DNA from: Eledone cirrhosa
Taxonomy: Eukaryota
DNA: 64,000 nt
Direction: 5' to 3'
Assembly: GCA_964016885.1 (NCBI GenBank)
Contig: OZ024742.1
Location: 62,496,001-62,560,000, forward strand
This document shows positions 1 through 14,547 of this stretch, one piece after another. The translations under genes were made by a program, and so were the position numbers. Below the pieces are notes generated by a model. It ran no database searches and was not told the DNA's origin. It saw nothing but the letters and a program-made list of their open reading frames with translations. Positions within the stretch are counted from its first letter, which is position 1, and every line of letters starts with the position of its first letter.

Positions 1-960
1 GCATACAGTCGTTAGTTGTTTCAAAGTATTTGGCCAGTCCAATGATGGTGGTCTTGTAAGCAAGTTCAAATTAGATCAAGCCATGGCCTCCTTGAGTTCT
101 AGGAAGGTAAAGACGATCCACATCTGCTTTTGGGTGGTGCATCCTATTACAGGTCAGTAGCTTACGGACTTTGGTGTCGATTCTTTTGATTTCACTCATA
201 TTCCAGTTCAACACACCGAAGCTATAAACGACAACTGGGATTGCCAAGGAATTTATGACGAGCACCTTGTTACGAGCGTTTAGTTTTGATATCAGAACTA
301 CACATACTCTCCTGTAACATTCTTTCCTTATCTTCTCTTTCATACTTGCATGCTGTATGCCAGAGCCCTCACTAATCCTTAAGTATTTATAGGTTTGTTC
401 CTGTTCAAGTTCCTTTATGATTGTTTCAGCATCCAATTCAACTGAGTCTGAGTTGACAAGCTTCCCCTTCTTGAAAGTGGCTTTTACACACTTGTCAAGC
501 CTAAATTCCATCCTGATGTCATCGCTAAACGTTTTTACTGTCCGCAAAAGGCCTTCCAGTTCGTCATTATCTTTGCAATATAACTTCAAATCATCCATAT
601 AAAATAGGTGGCTTATTTTGTTGTCAATTCTATAACCGTACCCTGTTCTATTAAGTTTGGATGTAAGGGGTACTAAAGCTATGCAGAAAAGCAAGGGTGA
701 AAGTGAGTCACCCTGGAATATGCCACAGTTGATGTTTATATTCCTAGAGCACAGTACCTCTGTGGAATGAGACAATTGGAGATTTGTGTTCCATAATGAC
801 GTATTGTGTTTCAGGAAGTTTGAGATCACAGGTGAGATTTTGAAGATGTCCAGTGATTTCAGAATCCATGAGTGTGGTATGTTGTCAAAGGCTTTTTTAT
901 AATCAATCCATGCAGAACTGAGATTTCTGTGTTTATTATGAGTTATCAAGGATCATACGA
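1..960 (-). mobile_element. R4/Dong-like non-LTR retrotransposon RT fragment (third family, truncated)
   Basis: ORF 71..949 has RT motifs [37 protein letters not shown] and HPKADVDRLYLPR; homologous to the ORFs at 46543 and 49083. Confidence 0.85.
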
Positions 961-1439
961 TTAATCAAAACTTGATCTTTGCAACCATATGAACCTCGAC
1001 GGCACCCTTTTTGTTCAATGGGGAAAAGATTGTTCTCCAAAAACGCGTATGCTTTTTCCATGAGAATATATATATTTATATATACATATATATATATATA
1101 TGTATATATGTGTGTGTATATGTATGTATACGTATATATGTATGTATGTGTACGTATGTATGTGTGTGTGTATGTATGTGTTTACGTTTATAGTTATGTG
1201 TATGCGGTTGTATATAGGCCTTTGTTTTTTGTCTGTATAGTCTTACGTATGGTTTTGTCTGCGTGTGTTCTTTACGTGCGAGTGCTTGCACGCATGTGGT
1301 TATGTTTGTACGCTCTTTTTGTAGGGTTTATGTGTGCGTTAGTATATTTGGTTGTATGCTTAATTTCATACGTGTGTATGCGTGTGTATGTGTATGTGTA
1401 TATGTATTTTTGCACGCTTGTGTATGTATGTTTATTTTA

Positions 1440-2021
1440 TCTATATATATATAAAACCGAGGATGTCTGTCTGTGTGTGTGTGAGTTTGAATCCCTAAAG
1501 CTAAAGAACCACCCAACCGACTGTTTTCAAACTTTACACATGTAATACTTATGTTTCAGGGAGTGTTCTGAGCAAACAAAATTTCAAATTTTCAATGAAT
1601 TAGGCGATTTAGCGATCTCTCTCTATAATTCTTAGTCTTTCTCTTTTTAGATAGATACATACATATAACGTTGCGCCCTTATAATATCTGTCTGTATGTC
1701 TGGTTGTCTGCATTACGTCACTTCCTATAATTTCCTCAGCGTCCAGAACACGCCCTTATAATATCTGTCTGTATGTTTAGCTGTCTGCTGCCTCCGGCTA
1801 TTCTGCCACCCTTGCTCAAGACAAATATCACATTCATTCCCCAAACAGTTGGTAAGTGCACACAACATCTACCTCGCGTTTTAAGCCACAGTGTTGCTTA
1901 CTTACATACCACCAGAATCTTACTTCTTTGCCAGCCGTGGTTGTGGCAATACTAAGCTTAGCTAAGGCGGTTGTATATTTCACAATACATTATCCCGTGC
2001 AACGCCGTTTACCACTGCTAG
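1440..2021 (+). mobile_element. Non-autonomous Helitron-like element
   Basis: Sits between A(1439) and T(2022). 5' end TCTATATATATATAAAACCGAGGATGTCTGTCTG; 3' end CCCGTGCAACGCCGTTTACCACTGCTAG (GC-rich subterminal motif + CTAG). No TSD. Confidence 0.65.
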
Positions 2022-2056
2022 TAATTTATATTTTTGTATATATATTTATATATATA

Positions 2057-3790
<1,734 letters not shown>

Positions 3791-3923
3791 CTTGTGTCTA
3801 TGTGTCTTTCATATTATTGTTCTGCATCCTCTTGCATTGAACCACAAAATTACTAAGACAAAACCTATATATTTGCTGGCATAGGTATGCATCTGTATAT
3901 ATATGTTAGTAGATATACTAATT

Positions 3924-4013
<90 letters not shown>

Positions 4014-4047
4014 TATTGAAGTTTGCTTGAAGCATTGTGGAATAATA

Positions 4048-7000
4048 GGTAAATATCTTTAAGTCGTTTGGAAGCCTCGACAATGCAAATTGGTAAATCT
4101 CCGGGTAACAAGATCCGCTGGTGGAGAGAGAGATGTAAGTGGGTGTACGTTGAGATTCGTGGTGTGTATAAGACGTGTATAGGAATGAAGGAAAGAGTAT
4201 AAAGGATAAAATTAAAATAACAACACGAGAGAGAGTTACCTTGGGAGAGATTTAATTGTTCCTATATATTTCGGATTCACATCCATCAACTGGGAGTTTT
4301 TCCGTGGTGGGGAAAGGTTGTCTGTCGGAAAGGTGCGAAACGCGTCCTCCGCTGTTTGTTGTTTTGAATATCTGAGGTATTCAGCAGAGCGCGCGTGAGC
4401 GTGAAATGGGGTCGGTCGGATAGAGGTCAGCGGCCGAATGTGGGAGTGGGGTGACGCTGGCTGTCAGTCCATTCTCTGCCTGTGTGTTAAATGTTAGTGT
4501 GTGTGTGTGCGTGTGTTGTTGTCTCGCTTGAGTATGTGTGTGTTTGCGTGTGTTGTTGCCTTGTTCCTCTGTATTGGCAGTGTAGTATGTTCGTATGGTG
4601 GAATGCTACTGTGTGTGTGTGTGCGTGTGCGTGTGTAGTTGACTCGTTTGTGTGTGTGTGTGTGCGTGTGCGTGTGTAGTTGACTCGTTTGTGTGTGTGT
4701 GTGCGTGTGTTGCTTTCATCGTTTTTTAACTTAAACCAGCCATCTCATTTCGCTTCTCTTGGATCGATTGTTTATTTGCGGTGCCAGGGGTTTGATAAAA
4801 AGCGCTTCCTTGATACGTAACGTGCCGACGTTTCTTTCAGTCGCTAGAATTGTGACAATGGGCCTTCCGTCTTTGTTTCCGCATTTATCTATGTGTTTCC
4901 GGAAAGACGAGGCCCTAGTTTTAGTGTGTTCCTTGATCCGGATGTGCAAAGGTCGGATTGTGCTACCTATATAGTATTGGTTGCACCTGTCACATTCTAT
5001 CTTATACACGACGTATGTGCTTAGGCAACAGTTCGCATGGCGTATCGGGCAGTCTCTGAGGGAGCACGCGTCAGTGGATTTCCCGGGTTTCCTCGAGAGG
5101 CATCTTTGCAGGAAGGGGCCCGAGTGGGCCAGGTGGATGTCGAGGCCCTCCCTCCGTATAGCCTTGCGGAGAGCGTTGGTGGTATTCTCGTCCAGGTGTG
5201 GCATTTTAAGGAAGCACTTGCCTTGGGTGCCTCTCTGTCTCTTGTGTCTGGCGTCTCCCACTCTGTCTGTGAGCGAGGTAGGGTACCCGTTCGTCTCCAG
5301 CACCTCGAGGAATCGCTTGGTATGAATGACACCACTCGCGGGATCGCTGCATCTGTTTTTGATTCGCGCGATCTCGTTCGTGATGTATCCTCTTTTGGCA
5401 CTGTTAGGAAGGGCGGACTTGTAGTGAACGAACAGGTCCCTGCAGGCTGCCTTTCGGTAGAAGTTGCAGTGCATCCTTCCCTGTTCCGTGATGTTGATTC
5501 GGAAGTCGAGGAGGGCAAGTGACCCGTCTTCGTTGGGGTGTTCAACATTGAAGTCAATGTTCTCGTCCGTGTTGTTGAACGTCTCATAGATTCTGTTCGC
5601 CGTGTCTTGGGAAGATGTGAGGATGAGGATATAGTCCACGTACCTTGAGAAAAAGGCGACAGCGTTGGGGTGGCAGGCGTTGAGTGCCTTGCGCTCGAGG
5701 TTGTCCATGTAAGAGATCGCTAGCACACCCGACAGGCTTGATCCCATTGGCAATCCCGAGGTTTGTTGGTATGTTTGGTCAAGGAATTCGAAGTAGGTGT
5801 TGTCGACGACGATGGATAGGAGTTGGTGGATGTCAGTGGTGGTGAGCCCGAAGCAGTGTAGGTCGGCGGATTGGACGCGTTCCATCAGTATATTGACGGC
5901 CGGGAGTGCCGGGACCGAGGTGTAGAGAGCGACTACATCAAGGCTGAAGGCATATCTGTTATTCCTTCTGGTGTCGGGATCCATTTGATGCAGGCGCTTC
6001 AACACCTCCTCGGAGCTGTTAACGTGTCTCGGCAAGCTGTCTAAGATGGGTTTGAGTATTTTGGCTAGGAGCCATGAAATTTTGAAGAGTGGTCCCTCCA
6101 CGCTCGATACAATGGGTCTGATCTTCAGGTCGGGTCCCTGTTTGTGTGCTTTCACGAGGTGGTAGAAGGCGGGTAGTCTGCTGTTCCTCGTGAGGAGGTT
6201 GTATCTTAGCTTCTTCGGGAGCTTCCGCCGGTCGCAGATGTTGTTCCAGGCGGCGTTGCTGTGCTCTTCTATCTGCGCGGGAGAGATTCCCGTGACCTTG
6301 GAGTAGAGGTTGTCATCGTCAAGGTGTTGGAGGGCCAGGGTGTTGTAGAATTCTTTTCCCTTGTCGGAGGGGAGATATATCAGGTTCTTCGATTTTAGAT
6401 TGGAGAGAGTGGTGAGTTGAGATTTGGTGAGGTTATGTGTTGTGCGTGTGTGTGTGTGTTTGTGAAGTATATCCGAGATGGAGTGTTTTAGCCTGATGAG
6501 TTTAGTGTCGAGTTCGTGGTTGGTGGGGGTGGAGTGGGTTGTCGGGGTGGTAAGTGGGGAATTTGGTGTGGGTTGCGTGGGCGCTGTTATTTTCTGTGGC
6601 GCTGTTGATGGCGGTCACCCATTTAAGTTGGTAAGCGGCTCGACAAAAGTTGGCCTCGATATTGAGTTTGAGTCTGTCGTCGAGACGTTGTGAGACGATG
6701 AACTTGGGTCCGAGATGTAGGAGTTTCAGCTCGTCGCTCATGAGAGTGCCGGTTTGTCGGTGACCAGGTGCGTCGCATCGTTGAGGTGTGGCTCGGTGTT
6801 GGTGGATGCGGCGGTGGCGGTTGTTAAGTTGTTGTTTTCCACGTGGTTCTGGTCCGACTGTTCGTTAGTGTCGATATTCACGTTGTGGCGTTTCGACAAG
6901 ATCCACTCATATTTTCGCTAGAGCCGTTTTTTCTCGTAATGGACTCTGGAGTGGTAGCTCTGGTCGATTGCTTTAGTGATTTTCAGGAGCAAGTCCCCGG

Positions 7001-7210
7001 GTGCTATTGGCAGTCAATGTGTCCGCTCTGAGAGTGTCCGCTTATGGACGTGTAATTGGCGGTTGAGATGTCTCAGGATCTGTTTAATACACGTGCGATG
7101 TATGCGGTTAGTGGTGTTTTGGAAGGCTGGTGTACGTAGGCTTACTGGTAAGCGGATGTTCCTGATGGTGTTGGGGATGACATCGTTTTTTAGGCAGCGT
7201 TTTAGGAAAA
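4048..7210 (-). mobile_element. Penelope-like retroelement, left arm of a 6-kb palindrome (RT + GIY-YIG, 474-aa open stretch 4731..6155)
   Basis: IRPIVS, FSLDVVALYTSVP, GLPMGSSLSG, RYVD(Y), LLDF and C-terminal VVYKIECDRCNQYYIGST..RIKEH. Confidence 0.92.
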
Positions 7211-10114
7211 TCCTGAAAATCACTAAAGCAATCGACCATTGCTACCACTCCAGAGTCCAATACGAGAAAAAATGGCTCAAGCGATAATATGAGTGGATCT
7301 TGTCGAAACGCCACAACGAGAATATCGACACTAATGAACAGACGGACCAGAACCACGTGGAAAACAACAACTTAACAACCGCCACCGCCGCATCCACCAA
7401 CACCGAGCCACACCTCAACGATGCGACGCACCTGGTCACCGACCTAACCGGCACTCTCACGAGCGACGAGCTGAAACTCCTACACCTCGGACCCAAGTTC
7501 ATCGTCTCACCACGACTCGACGACAGACTCAAACTCAACATCGAGGCCAAGTTTTGTCGAGCCGCTTACTAACTTAAATGGGTGACCGCCATCAACAGCG
7601 CCACAGAAAATAACAACGCCCGCGCAATCCACCCCAAATTCACCACTTACCACCCCGACAACCCACTCCCCCCCCCCACCCACCAACCACGAACTCGACA
7701 CTAAACTCATCAGGCTAAAACACTCCATCTCGGATATACTTCACAAACACACACACACACGCACAACACATAACCTCACCAAATCTCAACTCACCACTCT
7801 CTCCAATCTAAAATCGAAGAAACTGATATATCTCCCCTCCGACAAGGGAAAAGAATTCTGCGTCATCAGCAGAGAGGCCTACAACACCCTGGCCCTCCAA
7901 CACCTTGACGATGACAACCTCTACTCCAAGCTCACGGGATTCACTCCCGCGCAGATAGAAGAGCACATGAACGCCGCCTGGACCAACATCTGCGACCGGC
8001 GGAAGCTCCTGAAGAAGCTGAAATACAACCTCCTCACGAGGAACAGCAGACTACCCGCCTTCTACCACCTCGTGAAAACACACAAACAGGGAACCGACCC
8101 GACCTGAAGATCAGGCCCATTGTATCGAGCGTGGAGGGACCACTCTTCAAAATTTCATGGCTCCTAGCCAGAATACTCAAACTCATCTTAGACACCTTGC
8201 CGGGACACGTTAACAGCTCCGAGGAGGTGTTGAAGCGCCTGCATCAAATGGATCCCGACACCAGAAAGAATAACAGATATGCCTTCAGCCTTGATGTAGT
8301 CGCTCTCTACACCTCAGTCCCGGCACTCCCGGCCGTCAATATACTGATGGAACGCGTCCAATCCACCGACCTACACTGCTTCAGGCTCACCACCACTGAC
8401 ATCCACCAACTCCTATCCATCGTCGTCGACAACACCTACTTCGGATTCCTTGACCAAACATACCAACAAACCTCGGGATTGCCAATGAGATCAAGCCTGT
8501 CGGGTGTGCTAGCGATCTCTTACATGGACAACCTCGAGCGCAAGGCACTCAACGCCTGCCACCCCAACGCCGTCGCCTTTTTCTCAAGGTACGTGGACGA
8601 TATCCTCATCCTCACATCTTCCCAAGACACGACGAACAGAATCTATGAGACGTTCAACAACACGGACGAAACATTGACTTCAGTGTTGAACACCCCAACG
8701 AAGACGGGTCACTTGCCCTCCTCGACTTCCGAATCAACATCAAGGAACAGGGAAGGATCCACTGCAACTTCTACCGAAAGGCAGCCTGCAGGAACCTGTT
8801 CGTTCACTACAAGTCCGCCCTCAGTAACAGTGCCAAAAGAGGATACATCACGAACGAGATCGCGCGAATCAAAAACAGATGCAGCGATCCCGCGAGTGGT
8901 GTCACTCATACCAAGCGATTCCTCGAGGTGCTGGAGACGAACGGGTACCCTACCTAGCTCACAGACAGAGTGGGAGACGCCAGACACAAGAAACAGAGAG
9001 CACCCAAGGCAAGTGCTTCCTTAAAATGCCACACCTGGACGAGAATACCACCAACGCTATCCGCAAGGCTATACGGAGGGAGGGCCTCGACATCCACCTG
9101 GCCCACTCGGGCCCCTTCCTGCGAAGATGCCTCTCGAGGAAACTCGGGAAATCCACTGACGCGTGCTCCCTCAGAGACTGCCCGATACGCCATGCGAACT
9201 GTTGCCTACGCACATACGTCGTGTATAAGATAGAATGTGACAGGTGCAACCAATACTATATAGGTAGCACAATCCGACCTTTGCACATCCGGATCAAGGA
9301 ACACACTAAAACTAGGGCCTCGTCTTTCTGGAAACACATAGACAAATGCGGGAACAAAGACGGAAGGCCCATTATCACAATTCTAGCGACTGAAAGAAAC
9401 GTCGGCACGTTACGTATCAAGGAAGCGCTTTTTATCAAACCCCTGGCACCGCAAATAAACAATCGATCCAAGAGAAGCGAAATGAGATGGCTGGTTTAAG
9501 TTAAAAAACGATGCAGCAACACACGCACACACACACACAAACGAGTCAACTACACACGCACACGCACACACACTCACACACACACAGTAGCATTCGACCA
9601 TACGAACATACTACACTGCCAATACAGAGGAACAAAGCAACAACACACGCACATACACACAAAATAACATTTAACGAACAGGCAGAGAATGGACTGACAG
9701 CCAGCGCCACCCCACTCCCACATTCGGCCGCTGACCTCTGCCCGACCGACCCCATTTCACGTGCACGCGCGCTCTGCTGAATACCTCAGATATTCAAAAC
9801 AACAAACAGCGGAGGACGCGTTTCGCACCTTTCCGACAGACAACCTTTCCCCCACCCCGGAAAAAAACCCCAGTTGATGGATATGAATCCGAAATATATA
9901 GGGACAATTAAATCTCTCCCAAGGTAACTCTCTCTCGTGTTGTTATTTTTATTTTATCCTTTATACTCTTTCCTTCATTCCTCTACACGTCTTATACACA
10001 CCACGCATCTCAACGTACACCCACTTACATCTCTCTCTCCACCACCGGATCTTGTTACACGGAGATTTACCCATTTGCATTGTCGAGGCTTCCAAACAGC
10101 TTAAAGATATTTAC
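7211..10114 (+). mobile_element. Penelope-like retroelement, right arm (frameshifted; RT 8131..9024, GIY-YIG to 9499)
   Basis: Reverse complement of 4048..6989 with scattered substitutions; RYVDD intact; frameshifts near 8100, 8670 and 9000. Confidence 0.92.
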
Positions 10115-10115
10115 G

Positions 10116-10181
<66 letters not shown>

Positions 10182-10186
10182 TTGTA

Positions 10187-10267
<81 letters not shown>

Positions 10268-10284
10268 TATTTTCCGTTGTGTTG

Positions 10285-10326
<42 letters not shown>

Positions 10327-10329
10327 GAT

Positions 10330-11320
10330 AAGAAGTCGGTAACAGGCTTGCGGACACTATTGTATCCAAAATCAGAGAACTCTCTGAGTAAATTGAGGAC
10401 GTTGAAGCAGAGTGGAGAATGTTCAGCTCGGCAGTTTCTTCTTCGGGTGAAGTGGCACCCGGTAGTAGAAAGACATCTTCGTACAAGTTATTAAAGATAC
10501 CATCTGAACAAGGAAGAGGTCTGCACATCTTGGCTTGGAGATAATTCCTCTTTCTTGCACTTACGATATAAGCAGGCGAGAAAAGTGGCAAGAGAGACTA
10601 TAAATCCTCCTCCACGCCTGTTCACACACATCTGGGACGCTCTTCTCTTCAGAGAGGTGCATCTTCGTGAAGTCACAAGTGCATTTAAAGAACGGATAGC
10701 ATGGTACCACTTAACACGTCTGAAAGGAATTTACGACAAGCATTTAATAGCTTTGCTACCAAGTGCTTCATGGCAGGAATGAAAATCAGTGCTACGGAGA
10801 TTGAGGCACTCGTCCTCTCAAGGACACTTGTGCAGTGCACTCTATATTTGAGTATAGTTCCACTGAAGCAGGTGGAGGGATTCAGTTATCTCGAGGCCAT
10901 GATCACGATTGAAGGGATGTATGTGTAAATGCCTAACTTGCTATCTTCTATTCGGTATTTGTACCAGTCCTCATCTATAGTCATGAATCTTGGGTAATGA
11001 CAGAAATAATACGATCGCGAATTCAAGCGACCGAAATGGAGTTCCTCCGAATAGTCTTTGGAGAAACGTTACTTGATAGAATATGTTGCTCGAAGACCAG
11101 ATAGTCGCACCAGCCAGAACCGATACTTATTGAAATTGTTAGATCACCTCTTCGATCTTACAGATCCGTGGTTGGAATGTCTCAAGAAAGAATCGCTTGA
11201 CAGATTTGACAAGCAAAACCAACAGTCAAGATACCCAGGTGTGGATTCCGAGCAAGAAAGTTGGATAACATCCATGAGCTTAGCTCGTCTGGCTTGGAGA
11301 TCCAGTAAGATCTATTGAAG
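10330..11320 (+). mobile_element. Degenerate RTE-clade LINE fragments
   Basis: Broken RT/3' region (FVPVLIYSHESWVMTE..RSRIQATEM-like); similar to the minus-strand piece at 13640-14040. Confidence 0.6.
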
Positions 11321-11334
11321 ATGTTTGTTTAATC

Positions 11335-11446
11335 ATTATAATCATCATCACCATCATCGTCCTCCTCCTCATCATCAGCATCAGCAGTATCATCATCATC
11401 ATTATCATGATCGCCATCGTCATCATCATCATCATCATCATCATCA
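11335..11446. repeat. (CAT)n microsatellite
   Basis: Imperfect ATC/CAT run. Confidence 0.9.
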
Positions 11447-11474
11447 TATTACAATATAAAGATGACGGATTGTC

Positions 11475-11675
11475 ACAGTCGTTATAGTGTCGGACAAATA
11501 CTTAACAATATTCGTTCTGGCTCTACATACTGAGTTCAAACATCATCGATGTCACCTATATGTTTCATCCGTCCGTTGTCGATAAATTAAAATATCAGTC
11601 ACGTAAAAGGAATTGATATAATCGACCAACACTTCCCTTAAGGTGCTGAACTTGTACAAAAATTGGAAATCGTAT
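11475..11675 (+). mobile_element. Degenerate tRNA-derived SINE (same family as 17836)
   Basis: CTGAGTTCAAA B-box-like motif, TTTCATCC..GTCGATAAA and 3' CTTGT..AAA..GAAA motifs. Confidence 0.6.
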
Positions 11676-11914
11676 CACGTTACATGGGACGTAACTTCGC
11701 AAAATTTGTCTTGTCTTAGAATTAACTTCCCTTTAACTAATTTTTTGCGGCGACACTAGATACCAAACGTCAAATTTCTTTTTCATTTTGAAGTTTGGAG
11801 AGTCATCACGGTTAAGGCCTTGCTGGAGGAATATCTTCAGCTATTTCACTCTCTTTTAATGTGCTAAATCTGTCTACTCGAATGTCATACCTTTATATAT
11901 GGTTGCACAGGATG

Positions 11915-12200
11915 GGATGTGAATGTGAGTAGTTAGGATGTTTAGAGAGTACTGTTCACGTGCGTGTGGGCGTTGTTTCGATTCCCGGTCGAATGTTGTC
12001 CTTGAGCATGGCACTTTATTCCACATTGCTCCAGTCCTCCCAACTGGAAAAAAAAATAGTTGTACCTCCGATTCAAAGGTTCAATCTTGTCAAACACTGT
12101 GTCAAGCTGAATCTGAGAATTGTGTTAACGTTACACACATCTAATGAATACTCATTTGCACGTTAATTTCACGAGCAGGCTGTTTCGACGAAACTGATGG
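11915..12200 (+). mobile_element. tRNA-derived SINE, second family
   Basis: TTCGATTCCCGG B-box followed by GTTGTCCTTGAGCATGGCACTTTATTCCACATTGCTCCAGT central motif. Confidence 0.55.
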
Positions 12201-12379
12201 ATATTCAACGCTGACGTGCACGTAGACACACTTAGACACATTGTTTCTTCTTCGGCTTCTTCATAGAATCCTTTACCCCTATTGACCCCAACCAAGTAAA
12301 TAAATAAATCACTAAACATAATATAAATTATACAATGAAAAGGTAATTTTATATAAATCAGAAACTACTCAAAGGAAAT

Positions 12380-12748
12380 TGTAGAGTTGTGAGAGCTTCG
12401 AACAAATACTTAACTATTGATATCTGGTCATTATTTTCTGAGTTCAAATCCCACCGAAGTCAAATATGTTTTCCATTTTTCCAGTTAAGGAAACAATTAT
12501 TTTATGTATTTTCATTTCCTATATAAATATCAGGTTTTGGCCAAAATGTTCTATCGACCTATATTCTATCATATCGATACTGTTGGTTTGACCGTCATAA
12601 GACGATGGTTTCGATTCCTAGACCGTGCATGCGAGTTGTGGCCTTGGGTGAAATATGACATTACACATTATTACTTCTGCCAGAAGTAACAACAGTCTGT
12701 TAGTATCAGCAATCGAATAGTTAATGTAAGTATTGTTTACTTGGTCCA

Positions 12749-12750
<2 letters not shown>
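12380..12750 (+). mobile_element. Two adjacent degenerate SINEs, also present in the paralogous block at 40010-40680
   Basis: TTCTGAGTTCAAATCCCACCGAAG and GGTTTCGATTCC B-box-like heads. Confidence 0.5.
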
Positions 12751-12814
<64 letters not shown>

Positions 12815-13423
12815 TGTGTGTGTATGTGTGTGTGTGTGTGTGTATGTGTGTGTGCGTGCGTGCGTGTGTGTGTGTGAGTGAGTGTGTCTGTGTCAGTGTG
12901 TATTTCATCCCAGTCGAAACATTCCCAAATATGGAGATTACTCTTGCTAAACTGAACAGGAAAATATTAATGGTTTACGAAATTATGTTCAACACAGTTT
13001 CTATTTAGACAAAGACTGAAACTATCAAAAGAATAAAATAATATTATTATGGCTGATATTTTATAGAATGTTTTTAATACGAAATAGTTTTATCAACACC
13101 AAATAATTTAAAACAATAATAGAGAAATGTATTTAATGATATTTATTGAAATTGTAGCCAAGATATAGTAGGTACCACTGAGATAGGTGTTACATAATAA
13201 CAATATTCTCTAAAGTATTTTAATTAATAGTTACACACAGAATTATTTAATTATTTTATTAATAGTTACACACAGAAAATAAATAAATATGTGGTGTTGG
13301 AGTTGGACCAGTTTCCTCTAATATAATATAATGTAAATGAAAGTCATGTAGATCTATGAGGTCATTTTTCTCGTTCTCTATAGTCTTCTACTTTAAATAC
13401 TGTGGTATAATCTTGTCAAGTGT

Positions 13424-13473
13424 TTATGTCAACTCTACATAAATTGACAAAGAATCAGCTCTTGAATAAGATT
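13424..13473 (-). CDS. Gene A, last coding exon (5): (E)SYSRADSLSIYVELT*
   Basis: Polypyrimidine tract + TTTTACAG acceptor; phase 1 matches the exon 4 donor; TAA stop; conserved in the paralog at 41503-41552. Confidence 0.8.
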
Positions 13474-13639
13474 CTGTAAAATTAAAGAAAAATAGTTTTA
13501 TTATATATCAATTGATTGGAAGAATGTTTAGAAAAGTAAACAAAATATCAGATGATAATTAATTGTATCTAAAGATATGTCAGGTTCGAATCTGCCTTCA
13601 TCTACCTGGGGGTTCTTCTTCTTCTTCTTCTTCTTCTTA

Positions 13640-14040
13640 GGAAAATTGTTAGGGTAAAGTCCTGAAGTACTCCTTCCAGCGGATCCTATCAGAAGCAGCC
13701 CTCTCTAGTTGATCAGACTGAATCCTCCAGCGAGATAATCCGAGCTCATGAATGTCATCCAACTATCTTGCTCGGGGTCTACCCTGGGTCTCCTTCGAGT
13801 TGGTTTTGCCCGAAAAATCTGTCAAACGATTCTTTCTTGAGATATTCTAGCCACATGTTAGCAATATTGGAGCTGTCATCTCTCAATTATGAGAAGTAGT
13901 AGCTCTACCTGGAGCGACTCTCTGATTTCCACGTTATGCACTCTATCGAGTAACGTTACTCTGAAGACACTTTGACAAATTGTATTTGTGATCGTATTCT
14001 TTCGGTCACAACCCTAGATTCATGACCATATGTAACTGTT
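13640..14040 (-). mobile_element. RTE-like LINE 3' fragment in the last intron of gene A
   Basis: TVTYGHESR..TERIRSQIQ motif; (GAA)n at the 3' end. Confidence 0.55.
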
Positions 14041-14547
14041 GGCATCCTGCCTCCTTCCAATACTGCATGCTACCAATCCTTGAGGTTCTTTATCATTTTT
14101 GTCATGATATTCAGCTTCACTACTTCATTCCTTCTCTCTCTTAAAGGGTCTAACTTTTCCATGAGATCCTTTCACTTAGGTTCTTTGCACTTTCTTTTAT
14201 ACAGTTGTCATCCTCCATAAGCACCAAATATTCATACCAATACAGTATTCTCCATTGCACAATACATCGATTTTCTCTTTTTCTCTGACTACAGCAGCTC
14301 CCATTGACATTCAGCCGTAAACTCCTTTGTTATGGCCTGAATAACAGATAAGTAATGATAAACAGAAGTGGACTGAGGTCAAAGAACTGATTGATACCCA
14401 CCTGCACTTCGAATTCATCACTACTCTTTGCCAAACATTGGGTGACTGCAGTCTCAACCATTGGCCGACTAAACATCTAAAGACATGTTGTATAGTACAG
14501 TATGATGGTGAACTAGCTTGAAATAAGTTACAGGGATAAAAACATAC

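Noticed and set aside
979-1545. Many ORFs made of YI/CV/HT dipeptide runs (also at 3605, 10052, 12618, 14992, 16476, 28121, 35475, 39436, 61826 and others)
   Set aside because: These are translations of (TA)n, (CA)n and (CTA)n microsatellites, not genes
4321-4352. GAAACGCGTC as a hammerhead half-core (also at 9815 on the minus strand)
   Set aside because: Antisense to the PLE, with no CUGAnGA or stem II upstream
12900-12960. LARVISIFG frame as the last exon of gene A
   Set aside because: The acceptor phase is incompatible; 13473-13424 has the right phase, a strong pyrimidine tract and a conserved stop
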